Program-made: the position numbers and the translations under genes
In this document: piece after piece, positions 27,052-36,835 of the stretch
Position numbering within the stretch: the first letter of the stretch is position 1
Layout: each line of letters opens with the position of its first letter
IMG/VR virus record: IMGVR_UViG_3300009155_000048
Location: 32,001-96,000 of that record
DNA from: a virus
Strand: one strand, 5' to 3'
Length of the DNA: 64,000 nt
Notes under the pieces: generated by a model
Database searches by the model: none
What the model was told of the DNA's origin: nothing
What the model saw: only the letters and a program-made list of their open reading frames with translations

Positions 27052-27744
27052 TTAACGACCATATTTTTCAAGGCTTTTCTTGATTCTATCAGCATGTCCT
27101 TTTAATAGTTTGTAGTTTTCTTTTATATCATCTGAAATTTGATAAAAGTCTTTTATCAAAACTTTACTCATTTCAGCATCTCTATCAGCTCTATCGCCTA
27201 ACTTAGCACTCCAAATCTCATAGAGTTTTCTAGGGTCATATTTATTTTTAGGGTGACCAGAATATAAGAATCTAGGAACTGCTTCCATATTTATCTTATG
27301 GACTAGTTGAACTTGTTGAAGATTATATTCAACCAAAGCATACTCAAATCCATAATTCATCAATTCTCTATAAACTCCTTGAAAATCAACTTCTAATAAA
27401 TTATTGTTTTCAAAGTCTTCTTCTTTGATGTACTTATCAAATATACTCACCCGAACTTCAAGTGGGATAAAATTAAAATTAATACCTATTATAATTATAA
27501 GATTCTCAAATTTCTTAAAATCAACAGTGAAAATTGGAGAATATCTCATCCAATTAGAATCATCCATATAATGTAAGTGATAAAACCCACTCAATTGCAT
27601 CTGACCAACATTCATACTAGTAACTTCACTATCTGATTTACTAAACTTATTATAGAAATAAAGTGAGTTATTTTTATAATTCTCAGCAATTCCATTACCA
27701 TAAACCAAATTATTTAATTTAACTCTTTCTAATAATTCACCCAT
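27052..27744 (-). CDS. Possible DNA end-protector (gp2-like)
   Basis: FYHLHY...SPIF...IGINFNFIP..VR; adjacent to gp4-like gene. Confidence 0.5.
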   Translation of the reverse strand: MGELLERVKLNNLVYGNGIAENYKNNSLYFYNKFSKSDSEVTSMNVGQMQLSGFYHLHYMDDSNWMRYSPIFTVDFKKFENLIIIIGINFNFIPLEVRVSIFDKYIKEEDFENNNLLEVDFQGVYRELMNYGFEYALVEYNLQQVQLVHKINMEAVPRFLYSGHPKNKYDPRKLYEIWSAKLGDRADRDAEMSKVLIKDFYQISDDIKENYKLLKGHADRIKKSLEKYGR

Positions 27745-27788
27745 AGGATATTAATTTATAGATATATATTAAAAAATAACATTAAGGT

Positions 27789-28298
27789 ATGTTAAATAGT
27801 GCTCCAAAACAACCAGGTAAATATCACCAAGGATTGTTTACTCCAAGTAACAAAGACAAAGTAATTAAATTAAACTCACAAGGTGGATTATACTATCGTT
27901 CCGGATTAGAACAGAAAATGATGGTCTATCTAGACAATAATGAAAAGATTATCAATTGGGGATCAGAACATCTTAGAATACCCTACACTAAAACAGAATG
28001 GGTATCAGAAAATCAAGATTATAAAACATCAGAACATACTTACTATCCTGACTTTTATTATGAGTTAAAAAGAGAGGATGGATCAATTTCTAAAGTTGTT
28101 GCTGAAGTAAAGCCTTATTCAGAAACAATTGAACCTAAATTGAATCCAAATCCAACAGCTAAACAGATGAAGAACTTTGAATATGCTCTTAAAATGTATA
28201 ATAAAAATCTAAGTAAGTGGACTTACATGATTGAATATTGTCAAAGAAAAGGATTTGAATTTATTATTATTACTGAAAAAGTCCTTGGATCAAGATAA
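27789..28298 (+). CDS. Head completion nuclease (gp4-like)
   Basis: YRSGLE, WGSE...IPY, YYPDF, EVKP, IITE. Confidence 0.88.
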   Translation: MLNSAPKQPGKYHQGLFTPSNKDKVIKLNSQGGLYYRSGLEQKMMVYLDNNEKIINWGSEHLRIPYTKTEWVSENQDYKTSEHTYYPDFYYELKREDGSISKVVAEVKPYSETIEPKLNPNPTAKQMKNFEYALKMYNKNLSKWTYMIEYCQRKGFEFIIITEKVLGSR

Positions 28299-28632
28299 TA
28301 ATAAGAAAGAAAACACTCATAATAGTGTTTATACCATCATATAAATTTATAGCAATATTTCTCTTGGTTGATAAGATAACATACTTAAATAGACCAAGAA
28401 AAATAATACCAAAGAAATATATCCACAAATGTGAGAATAAACCAATCGGTAACCAAATTAAATAGAATATCTTAAATAGATAGAAAAATAAATTTGGGAT
28501 AGCACTTTTAATATCCAAATTTGGATCAAATTTAGCAAAAATTTTATTACGATTGGTTAGTTGATATACCTCAACCACAATAAAAACAAGTGAAAGAGCA
28601 TAGAAAAAATTAGACAAAAGGTTCATCTTCAA
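28270..28632 (-). CDS. Small membrane protein
   Basis: Three to four hydrophobic segments. Confidence 0.65.
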   Translation of the reverse strand: MKMNLLSNFFYALSLVFIVVEVYQLTNRNKIFAKFDPNLDIKSAIPNLFFYLFKIFYLIWLPIGLFSHLWIYFFGIIFLGLFKYVILSTKRNIAINLYDGINTIMSVFFLIIILIQGLFQ

Positions 28633-28924
28633 AAATAGTTTTTATTTCTCCTAGATTTTTTAAATTTGTGAGAGAATTTTGCATTAGTCTTATACTACCA
28701 GATTTACTTACTTCATTAAAAATCTCATCAGATACAGACACTTCAATCGGATCACCCACAATTCTGTCGTATTCATGAGGAATAGCATCTGAATCTCTAC
28801 TTTCATAAGTCTTTCTTATGTAAGATTTATATTCATCCTTTGTTAAATGTAGTGAACAACCATCAGGACGAATTCCCCATCCACGTTCAGACTCTTCCCA
28901 ATACTGTAAATAAACGCTTTTCAT
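28610..28924 (-). CDS. Hypothetical protein
   Basis: WEESERGWGIRPDGCSLH; 104-aa ORF. Confidence 0.7.
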   Translation of the reverse strand: MKSVYLQYWEESERGWGIRPDGCSLHLTKDEYKSYIRKTYESRDSDAIPHEYDRIVGDPIEVSVSDEIFNEVSKSGSIRLMQNSLTNLKNLGEIKTIFEDEPFV

Positions 28925-29001
28925 ACTTTTGTGATATTTATAGTGATATTAATTAAACTCTTAAAGTTTAGCAAATATAATAAATAAAAATTAATTATAC
29001 A

Positions 29002-30153
29002 ATGAGAAAAATAACATTTCATTTAGAGTATATTTGGTTAGACGGTAATTATCCTCAACAAATACGTTCAAAAACAAAAATAGTGGAGAAAGAAATCACC
29101 GACGATATTATTGAAGATATTCAAAATAGTGAAACCGGAGATGTACGCGAACCATTCTATAATGATTGGAAAAAAAATCCAAAATCATTACCAATGTGGA
29201 ACTTTGATGGATCTTCCACTGGCCAAGCCGAAACTTCTAAATCAGAATTGTTATTACATCCAGTAAATATTTTCATGGATCCAGTTAAACACAATGGATT
29301 TATAGTTATTTCTGAAGTATATAATACCGACATGACACCACATCATACTAATAAAAGAGCCAAAATGGTTGAAATGGTTGAAAAGTATGACCAAGAAACA
29401 ATGTGGGGATGGGAGGCTGAGTATTTCATTTATGATAAAAAAACTAATAAACCACTTGGATGGCCAACAGAAGGATATCCTAGACCACAAGGACCATTCT
29501 ATTGTGCAGTTGGTGGTAATAATGTTGATGGACGCGAATTTGTCGAAGAACACACAACATTATGTGAAATTACAGGTTTGAAAATTTCTGGAATCAATGC
29601 TGAAGTTGCTCTTGGTCAATGGGAATATCAAATTGGACCAGTTTATGCAATAGATGGTGCTGACCAAATGTGGATTTCTAGATTTTTATTACAAAGATTG
29701 TCTGAAAAATATGGATATTTTATTGAATTAGAACCTAAACCATATAAAGGAAATGATTGGAATGGATCGGGAATGCACGTTAACTTCTCAACTAAAGAAA
29801 TGAGAGATGATTTGAAAAACAAGAAAAAGTTAGTTATTGAAGCTTGTGAAAAATTAGGACAAAAAGTAGAAGAACATATTGCAGTATATGGACCAAACAA
29901 TGAAGCTCGTTTAACTGGATCAAATGAAACTTGTTCAATTAAAGAATTTAGATATGGAATTGGAGATAGAACAGCTTCAATTCGTATTCCTTCTTCAATT
30001 GAAGACAAAACAACTCCTGGATACTTAGAAGATAGAAGACCAGCTTCAAATGGTGATCCATATGAAATTGTAACTAGAATGGTCAAAACCATCTGTGGTG
30101 GAAAGTTAGATAAAAAATCTGATAAGAAAAAGAAGAAAGAACAAGAAGCATAA
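29002..30153 (+). CDS. glnA: Glutamine synthetase type II
   Basis: EYIWLDG, WNFDGSSTGQA, PQGPFYC, INAEV..GQWEYQIGP, DWNGSG.H, RLTG, YLEDRRPASN. Confidence 0.95.
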   Translation: MRKITFHLEYIWLDGNYPQQIRSKTKIVEKEITDDIIEDIQNSETGDVREPFYNDWKKNPKSLPMWNFDGSSTGQAETSKSELLLHPVNIFMDPVKHNGFIVISEVYNTDMTPHHTNKRAKMVEMVEKYDQETMWGWEAEYFIYDKKTNKPLGWPTEGYPRPQGPFYCAVGGNNVDGREFVEEHTTLCEITGLKISGINAEVALGQWEYQIGPVYAIDGADQMWISRFLLQRLSEKYGYFIELEPKPYKGNDWNGSGMHVNFSTKEMRDDLKNKKKLVIEACEKLGQKVEEHIAVYGPNNEARLTGSNETCSIKEFRYGIGDRTASIRIPSSIEDKTTPGYLEDRRPASNGDPYEIVTRMVKTICGGKLDKKSDKKKKKEQEA

Positions 30154-30157
30154 AAAG

Positions 30158-30187
30158 AAAAACCTCTCAAATTTGAGAGGTTTTTTT
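30158..30187. terminator. Bidirectional terminator
   Basis: AAAAACCTCTCAAA-TTTGAGAGGTTTTT. Confidence 0.75.
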
Positions 30188-30337
30188 AATTTTATTAAAT
30201 ATTTTATTTATTTTTCTAATTCTAACTTCTTGTTTTGTTTCATATTGAATACTAACTTTAGCATCAACAAAAGAAGGTTGTGATACAACATCTTGTATAA
30301 AGTCAGACCAATTATATTGTGCGAAGTTCTTGGACAT
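30167..30337 (-). CDS. 56-aa protein with RIRKINKIF motif, absent from ORF track
   Basis: TAATG overlap with sigma stop; MSKNFAQYNWSDFIQDVVSQPS...VRIRKINKIFNKIKKTSQI. Confidence 0.55.
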   Translation of the reverse strand: MSKNFAQYNWSDFIQDVVSQPSFVDAKVSIQYETKQEVRIRKINKIFNKIKKTSQI

Positions 30338-30702
30338 TAAATTGAGTGAAGACCCATTCCATCATTACTTGATTCAATACTAATCAATCTAATTTGATGG
30401 TCATTATCACCTTTCTTTTTATAAAGTTCATTATAACCTTTAGCAATACCACGTTTGAATACTTCTGTAAAGTAAGCGAAAGCATTATCAGATTTTTCCT
30501 CATTGAAGTTATACCAATTAGAAAACATATCTAACAGACCAGATTGATAACAATCCATTCTATCATCATTGTTATAATATCTCATTTTTTTAATTGTTCT
30601 TTTAGCAAGAATCTCTAACATCAATTTAGATTTGTTAGTTAATTTTCCTTGTGCTTTTGACACTATGATCTCGACAAAGAGATCTTTATTATGTAAGTAA
30701 AT
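30337..30702 (-). CDS. Late-transcription sigma factor (gp55-like), probable ATT start
   Basis: YLHNKDL..EI, D..DC, NFNEEKSDNAFAYFT; no in-frame ATG upstream of YLHNKDL. Confidence 0.75.
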   Translation of the reverse strand: MYLHNKDLFVEIIVSKAQGKLTNKSKLMLEILAKRTIKKMRYYNNDDRMDCYQSGLLDMFSNWYNFNEEKSDNAFAYFTEVFKRGIAKGYNELYKKKGDNDHQIRLISIESSNDGMGLHSI

Positions 30703-30784
30703 AGTAGTAGAATTATTTTTTATTATCAGTCCAACTGAAATGCTTTCATGTTATATAGAACATTAAAATAAAAGTTTATAAATA

Positions 30785-30815
30785 AAAAAAACTCTCAAAT
30801 TTCTTTGAGAGTTTT
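30785..30815 (-). terminator. Terminator
   Basis: AAAACTCTCAAA-TTTC-TTTGAGAGTTTT. Confidence 0.7.
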
Positions 30816-30833
30816 CATTAAATTTTATTTTAA

Positions 30834-32117
30834 TTAAGCCTTAACTCTTTCTTTATATTGTAATTCTTTAACAGATTGTAATTCGGTATTTAATACTTCT
30901 TTTCTCTTGTTTAAGTTATTTAATGCTACAGACAAAGCGTTTGATTCACCAATCATCTTTATAGAGCCATTTACTTTATCAATGTTAAATTGAACATCTT
31001 CAAGCTTTAATACAATTTCTCTTTCTTTATCTTCTAATCTTCTTTTTGTAATTAATTCTTTACCTAATTTATTCTCATAGAAGAATGTTAAATCATAGTT
31101 TAATTCATTTCTTACTTCATTTACCAATTCTAAAGCCGACTCATATTTAAAGAATGAATTGCCATATCTTTCATCACATCTGTATAAGAAAGTTGCATTT
31201 TTATAATTGAATGCAAATACTTCTAAATATGGATTAATTAAGTTATTAACTCTTTTAACCACATCCATTTCAACAAATTTATTTAAGTTATTTGAAGTTT
31301 CAAGTAAAATTGGATAGAATTGTTTGTTTACAATTGGAATAATTGGAGAAGCAAATAAACTTTCTAATGTAGTTTCTTTGTTCATTTCATCATCATTGAT
31401 GAAGATAACACCTTTTTTATTTACTGCTAAACCAATAGTTAAATTTTCAGAAATTCTGAAATTAACTCTATCTTCAGTGATAGTAGCATATCTCATACCA
31501 ATCTCAAGATTACGAAGAGTTCTTAACTTATCATTATCTGTTACATGAGTCTCTAAAAGAGTTTTCTCAACATTATTCTCAGAAAGTAAGAACCAAGAGT
31601 CCTTAACTAAACAAAGATAACCTTCTTCAACTTGTTCAACAATTGTGAACACTGATTCTGATTTACCACCAGAAAGAAGATTAGATTTTTGTTGAGGTGA
31701 TTTTGTTAAATTATGAACAAATAATTTAATTTCTGGAACCCAGTCATAAACTGCCAATTCATTAAGAACTTTAGACATTCTATCTTGATCTGATTCCAAG
31801 TTAATAGTTTGTAAAAGAACATTAATAGGCTGTCTGTAAATTTCACCTTGATTTTTACTATTTAAAACATTATACAAATGTTTTAATTCATATACCAATT
31901 GATACTCAGACACATCATCATTTAATGACTCTAATAAACCTTTAATTTCCTTGTCAAAAGTGTAAGCTTTTAGTTTCTCATTAAGAGACAAAACGATTGT
32001 CTTTTCAGACAAGTCATTGCAAGCATTAATGTGACCCTCAAGAATCACAGATACTTCCTCTTGATCAAGAGATAAATTTTTTCTAAAGTTGAATAACTCT
32101 AATTTGAGATTCTTCAT
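30834..32117 (-). CDS. Hypothetical late protein with C-terminal coiled coil
   Basis: 427 aa, late motif upstream, many LxE sites. Confidence 0.7.
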   Translation of the reverse strand: MKNLKLELFNFRKNLSLDQEEVSVILEGHINACNDLSEKTIVLSLNEKLKAYTFDKEIKGLLESLNDDVSEYQLVYELKHLYNVLNSKNQGEIYRQPINVLLQTINLESDQDRMSKVLNELAVYDWVPEIKLFVHNLTKSPQQKSNLLSGGKSESVFTIVEQVEEGYLCLVKDSWFLLSENNVEKTLLETHVTDNDKLRTLRNLEIGMRYATITEDRVNFRISENLTIGLAVNKKGVIFINDDEMNKETTLESLFASPIIPIVNKQFYPILLETSNNLNKFVEMDVVKRVNNLINPYLEVFAFNYKNATFLYRCDERYGNSFFKYESALELVNEVRNELNYDLTFFYENKLGKELITKRRLEDKEREIVLKLEDVQFNIDKVNGSIKMIGESNALSVALNNLNKRKEVLNTELQSVKELQYKERVKA

Positions 32118-32272
32118 AATAACAATTATTATTTTTTAATTTCTTTAATGTATATATTATAAACAAAAAGTCATTTTTTTCACTTTTTGTTTTAAATTCT
32201 TATTCATATCATTCTTTCCAATTTCTATACACACCATAGTATCTATATATAAATATTGGAATATTATTTTTT

Positions 32273-33103
32273 TCACTTTTGTGAGTTTATATCACGGTTG
32301 GAATTATCATTTGAACTTCTTGCTCTACTAGTTTCTCTACCTTTGATTATATCACTATACCATCTCGTTTTCTTAGGGTAAACCATCATATCTGGGTTTT
32401 CTCCATTTGAATCATAGTTATAAACATTAGACCACGCTTTATTCTTATCACCACCAGAACTTTGGTCTAATCTAGGTTTTCTATACGCAGGATAATAAGT
32501 TTGAACTTCAAATGAAACAGTTAATTTAATTTGATTATCCGAAGTCATATTCTTATCTCTATTTATTTCTACTTGATTACTATCCGGAATTAACATAACC
32601 GCATCAATGTTCATAAAATTATGTTCAAAATACATAAATCTATATAACCACAATGTATCCATAATTGCCTGACTACACTTAAATACATCTACTTCGGAAG
32701 CCAATAAAATACTCAAGTCATACTTAACTGAAACGGGAACCGCTCTAACTTTGGTTAAAACTTTTCTAATTTCTTCTTTATTCTCAATAACCATTTTTAA
32801 CCATACATTTGGATTAGCAAACTCATCAGAACGAATATCAAATCCAGTCAAAGTTAAATGTCCTCTTGGTATTATATCGGTATTTAACTCAACATATCTG
32901 TTATTTGAAACAACATCATCAGTAAATGAATCTAATAAGAATCTTTCATCACCAGTCATTGAGTAGTAAAATGGAACATTTACTTCTTTATCACCGGATG
33001 AAAATCTATTAGTCCATCTAATTTCACCTTCTAATGTATCTAAAACACAGATTGTTAAGTCGCGCATGAAACAATCTTCGTAGTTAAATCTATCTCCAAT
33101 CAT
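32273..33103 (-). CDS. Tail completion/sheath stabiliser (gp15-like)
   Basis: NVPFYY...ERFL...IPRG...VPVSVKYDLSI. Confidence 0.55.
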   Translation of the reverse strand: MIGDRFNYEDCFMRDLTICVLDTLEGEIRWTNRFSSGDKEVNVPFYYSMTGDERFLLDSFTDDVVSNNRYVELNTDIIPRGHLTLTGFDIRSDEFANPNVWLKMVIENKEEIRKVLTKVRAVPVSVKYDLSILLASEVDVFKCSQAIMDTLWLYRFMYFEHNFMNIDAVMLIPDSNQVEINRDKNMTSDNQIKLTVSFEVQTYYPAYRKPRLDQSSGGDKNKAWSNVYNYDSNGENPDMMVYPKKTRWYSDIIKGRETSRARSSNDNSNRDINSQK

Positions 33104-34008
33104 ATACTTTTAATTATTTTTTTATAATCGGATTCCCAAATTGATACAATACTATATCCTATCGACTTTAAATATTTCTCTCTTTCAATAGTTTTTTTAT
33201 ATAATTGACCAAATGTTAAGCCATTTACCGGATTGATATCATTCTTATTGTATTTATTCAAATTTCCATGCCAAAAATCACCATAGAATTCATAAATTGT
33301 ATTTGTTTTTTCATCAAGTCCATCAACAAAGAAGTTGAATATTTTTATTTGTCGATTTTTTTTCTCTATTTTGTATGAATCTAACCATTTATTTTCCAAT
33401 ATACTACCATTTCTATTACAACTCGGACATCCTCTACCCATCAAATGTGAGTTTGGTGTCATCTCAAAAAAACCATGTTTCTCACATTCAATAATTACTT
33501 TAGAATTGGATTTTTTATACAAAGTTTTTTTATAATTATATTTAACTCCATGTACTGAAATTGATTTTGAAATAAATTCCTCCTCTGATAATACACCCTT
33601 TCCTATTGAATTGCACTTTTTACATCCACCAGTGATCGAGTCTAAGTGCTTCAATGGTGATTGAAAAAAGAAAAAATCATGTTCTTTACATCTTATTTTA
33701 ACTTTATCTCTCATTTTTATGTATTTTACTTCTGAGTAATCATATTTATCAAAATGCTTTTCTCTAAATTTAATAATCAAATCTTCTATTCTATTCTTCC
33801 TACTCTCTGTCCTTTTTAATAAACCACATTCGGTACATCCGCTTCGGTAATGAACATTTGGCAATTGTCTAAACTCACCATGTGACGGACAGATAATTAA
33901 AACTGGTGTTCTATCATTAATATATTCCACCAAAGAGTAGTCATAATTATCATCATGTTTTACAATTGATTTTTTGATAAATTGTTCTTTTGTTAATCTT
34001 CTACTCAT
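33100..34008 (-). CDS. Homing endonuclease: three YDYS..Y..C..HG.F zinc repeats plus Vsr/PD-(D/E)xK domain
   Basis: VDG...IYEFYGDFWHG...IWESD. Confidence 0.8.
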   Translation of the reverse strand: MSRRLTKEQFIKKSIVKHDDNYDYSLVEYINDRTPVLIICPSHGEFRQLPNVHYRSGCTECGLLKRTESRKNRIEDLIIKFREKHFDKYDYSEVKYIKMRDKVKIRCKEHDFFFFQSPLKHLDSITGGCKKCNSIGKGVLSEEEFISKSISVHGVKYNYKKTLYKKSNSKVIIECEKHGFFEMTPNSHLMGRGCPSCNRNGSILENKWLDSYKIEKKNRQIKIFNFFVDGLDEKTNTIYEFYGDFWHGNLNKYNKNDINPVNGLTFGQLYKKTIEREKYLKSIGYSIVSIWESDYKKIIKSI

Positions 34009-34056
34009 ATTAGTATATATAATTTTTTATCTATCTCATATTTAATATATAGAATT

Positions 34057-34653
34057 ATGAAATATTTGAAAAGATTTTTAGAATCTAGATTTGAGTCAGA
34101 AGATGATATAACAGATTACCTATTAGAACTAGTTGATGATGGATTTTTGGAGTTCAAAAAAATAGATATCGAAAATAAAAAATTTGAATTTGTATATTCA
34201 ATATTGACTGATTTTTCTTCTATTTCTAATTTAAAAGATTTGAAATCATTTGAAGAAAAAATTTTAACTTTATATAATATATTAGGTAGATGGAATTTAG
34301 AATTTCGTATAAAATCTAAAGGGTATCATTCCAGTGAATTGTCTATTTATTCGGACGTGCCTGAATATATATCAGATTGTCTTAGAGATGTCGAGATGTA
34401 TCATTTGGATTATGATAAAACCGGAACTTATTTTGGTAAAGGAAATGATATTTACTTGGGTGGATTTATCAACAAATATCAAGAGGTTTTTCTTTCAATA
34501 CGAACTGAGAATAAAAAAGATAGTAAAATAAAAATTCAGAGTTATATTGATACCAAAAATAATTCAAAAAAATATCAATTAAAATTTGTAAAAAATATAC
34601 CGACCGGGGAATATATTTATCAAATCATTCCAAAAATAATTCCATCGGAATGA
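34057..34653 (+). CDS. Hypothetical protein with targeting-like N-terminus
   Basis: MKYLKRFLES. Confidence 0.7.
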   Translation: MKYLKRFLESRFESEDDITDYLLELVDDGFLEFKKIDIENKKFEFVYSILTDFSSISNLKDLKSFEEKILTLYNILGRWNLEFRIKSKGYHSSELSIYSDVPEYISDCLRDVEMYHLDYDKTGTYFGKGNDIYLGGFINKYQEVFLSIRTENKKDSKIKIQSYIDTKNNSKKYQLKFVKNIPTGEYIYQIIPKIIPSE

Positions 34654-35372
34654 AATATCTTAAATATTTTAAAGAATCACAATCCGAAATAACATTAAAG
34701 GATAAGCTAGAATCAATTGTTAATATGTATCAATATCTTTGGTCTAATCATATTGATCCAGACTCACTTGGTAACTTTACTGGTAAATGCTCAGTATTAT
34801 TTACTGGGTGTATGACTATTAATAGAGGATGGGACATTTCAAAGAAAGAAGGAAGACCATATGAGTTTGATGTCGATTGTTTATTAAAGAAACTAGAAAC
34901 CGATTATAGAAAAGAAGAGAAGCTTAAAAATATCGAAGAACTCTATAAGTCAAGTATTATACCAAGATTTAAGCATACCAAAGAGGAAATTGAACAATTT
35001 TTATCACCAGTATTAAATTTAGAAGTAACTGGAGATAAAATTATAAAATCATATGAAATAAATCCATATTTTAATGGTTGGAATAAAAAAGCATGCTTTA
35101 GTATAAAGTGTAAATTGAATGAGGAGTTTCTCACAATGGATGAGCAAGAAGTTGAAACTAAAAAAGGCAATGACAGAACTGTAAATTTTCCAGGATATTT
35201 TGATAGAAAATATTTCAAAGAAATTGAAGATGAATTTTATTCTTGTAAAAGACTAATAAAGTCAAAAATTGAAGAACTAGATTTACAAAAAGCTGGATTA
35301 GAATTTTCCATGGATGATAATACACACTTGGGTCTATACTTTAACTTCCACATTAGAATAGAGGAAATTTAA
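34650..35372 (+). CDS. Hypothetical protein with targeting-like N-terminus
   Basis: MKYLKYFKES. Confidence 0.7.
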   Translation: MKYLKYFKESQSEITLKDKLESIVNMYQYLWSNHIDPDSLGNFTGKCSVLFTGCMTINRGWDISKKEGRPYEFDVDCLLKKLETDYRKEEKLKNIEELYKSSIIPRFKHTKEEIEQFLSPVLNLEVTGDKIIKSYEINPYFNGWNKKACFSIKCKLNEEFLTMDEQEVETKKGNDRTVNFPGYFDRKYFKEIEDEFYSCKRLIKSKIEELDLQKAGLEFSMDDNTHLGLYFNFHIRIEEI

Positions 35373-35418
35373 ACTTTTGGAGGTATTCAACTTATAATTT
35401 ATCCGAATTATAAGTTAT

Positions 35419-36396
35419 ATGAAACAACTATTACTATCAGAGAAGTGGCGCCCTAAAACAATTGAGGACGTAATCCTTTTACCAAGAATCCGTAAAATAT
35501 TTGAGAACGGTCTCAACCAAAATGTTATTTTATATGGTCATTTTGGAACCGGCAAAACTACTATTGCTCGCATACTAGTAGGCAAGTATCTCAAGAATAC
35601 ACCACACATAGAATTAAATAGTTCATTCTACACATCTATCGACACACTTAGAAATAAGATTGATGACTTTTGTTCAAAAGTTTATATGGGGTTTGATATG
35701 AATGTAGATATATCAAATGATACAATCAAATATGTATTCTTGGATGAATTTGAAAGAACATCCATTCAATATCAAGATGCACTTAAAGCTTATATTGAAG
35801 AATTCTCAAAGAAAAATGTTAGATTTATCCTAACAACAAACCACATCAACAAAGTTTCACCAGGAATTCGATCTAGATTAATTGAAGTAAACTTTGATTG
35901 TCAATCTCCAGAAGAAGAGAAATATCTTAAAACAGAAATCTATAAAAAGATTAGTACCGTAATTGCTCCACAAGAAGAATTTGAAATTCCAAAAGAAGAG
36001 TTGATTAAGATAATAAATAAAAAGTTTCCAGACTTTAGGTCAATAATGATTGATGTTGATAACTTCAAACAAACTGGATTATCAAATGAATCTGGATGCA
36101 CAATCAATATTAAGTTAAGAAATGATTTATATGCAATTCTTTTTGATAAAAGTAAGACATATGATGAGATATATCATTTTTTAATGAATAATTTTGGACC
36201 AGAAAAGATTGATGAAATGATTTCTCTTTTTGGTAGACCATTTATTGAGTGGTCAATTAATGAAAAAAAATCTAATATTGAAAAGTTATTTCAAGTAAAC
36301 TATATTATCACCGAACACACAAAGTTATTAGAGACTAATACCGACCCGATTGTTTTGGGAATGACTGTTATTGGTAAGATTCGTGATATTTTTTAA
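35419..36396 (+). CDS. Clamp loader ATPase (gp44/RFC-like)
   Basis: EKWRP, GHFGTGKTT, LDEFE, IRSR, FPDFR. Confidence 0.92.
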   Translation: MKQLLLSEKWRPKTIEDVILLPRIRKIFENGLNQNVILYGHFGTGKTTIARILVGKYLKNTPHIELNSSFYTSIDTLRNKIDDFCSKVYMGFDMNVDISNDTIKYVFLDEFERTSIQYQDALKAYIEEFSKKNVRFILTTNHINKVSPGIRSRLIEVNFDCQSPEEEKYLKTEIYKKISTVIAPQEEFEIPKEELIKIINKKFPDFRSIMIDVDNFKQTGLSNESGCTINIKLRNDLYAILFDKSKTYDEIYHFLMNNFGPEKIDEMISLFGRPFIEWSINEKKSNIEKLFQVNYIITEHTKLLETNTDPIVLGMTVIGKIRDIF

Positions 36397-36448
36397 CAAC
36401 TAGCTGAAGTGAAGTAAATGTATATACTAGGATTTAATATATAAATTC

Positions 36449-36835
36449 ATGGCAGCAGTAGATTTTACCGATTTTTACATTTTATATAAAGACCACCCAA
36501 GATATGTTCCAAAAGAACTTATTGAAGATGAAGTTGTTAATGTTATTATACAGAAATATGAAATGATACTATTCACAAATAAAGGTGAAGTAATGGGTGA
36601 TCCAGAATTCGGTGCAAATCTATTGGAATTATTATATCAAACTAAAGTATCCGAATCATATGTTATTAGTACTATAGATGAGCAAATTGCTATTTATATA
36701 CCAGAATTAGCAAATACTAATTACACATTAAATGTTGTCTTTGTTCAAGATCCAGAAAACTACCAGGATATAATGTTTGTAAATCTTAAAATTGCTGACT
36801 ATAGCGTTTACGCACAAATAGGTAAGTTTAGCTAA
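36449..36835 (+). CDS. Baseplate gp25-like protein
   Basis: ILFTNKGEVMGDPEFGANL. Confidence 0.75.
   Translation: MAAVDFTDFYILYKDHPRYVPKELIEDEVVNVIIQKYEMILFTNKGEVMGDPEFGANLLELLYQTKVSESYVISTIDEQIAIYIPELANTNYTLNVVFVQDPENYQDIMFVNLKIADYSVYAQIGKFS

Noticed and set aside
29643-30170. 175-aa antisense ORF within glnA
   Set aside because: Shadow of a conserved gene; starts inside a terminator hairpin
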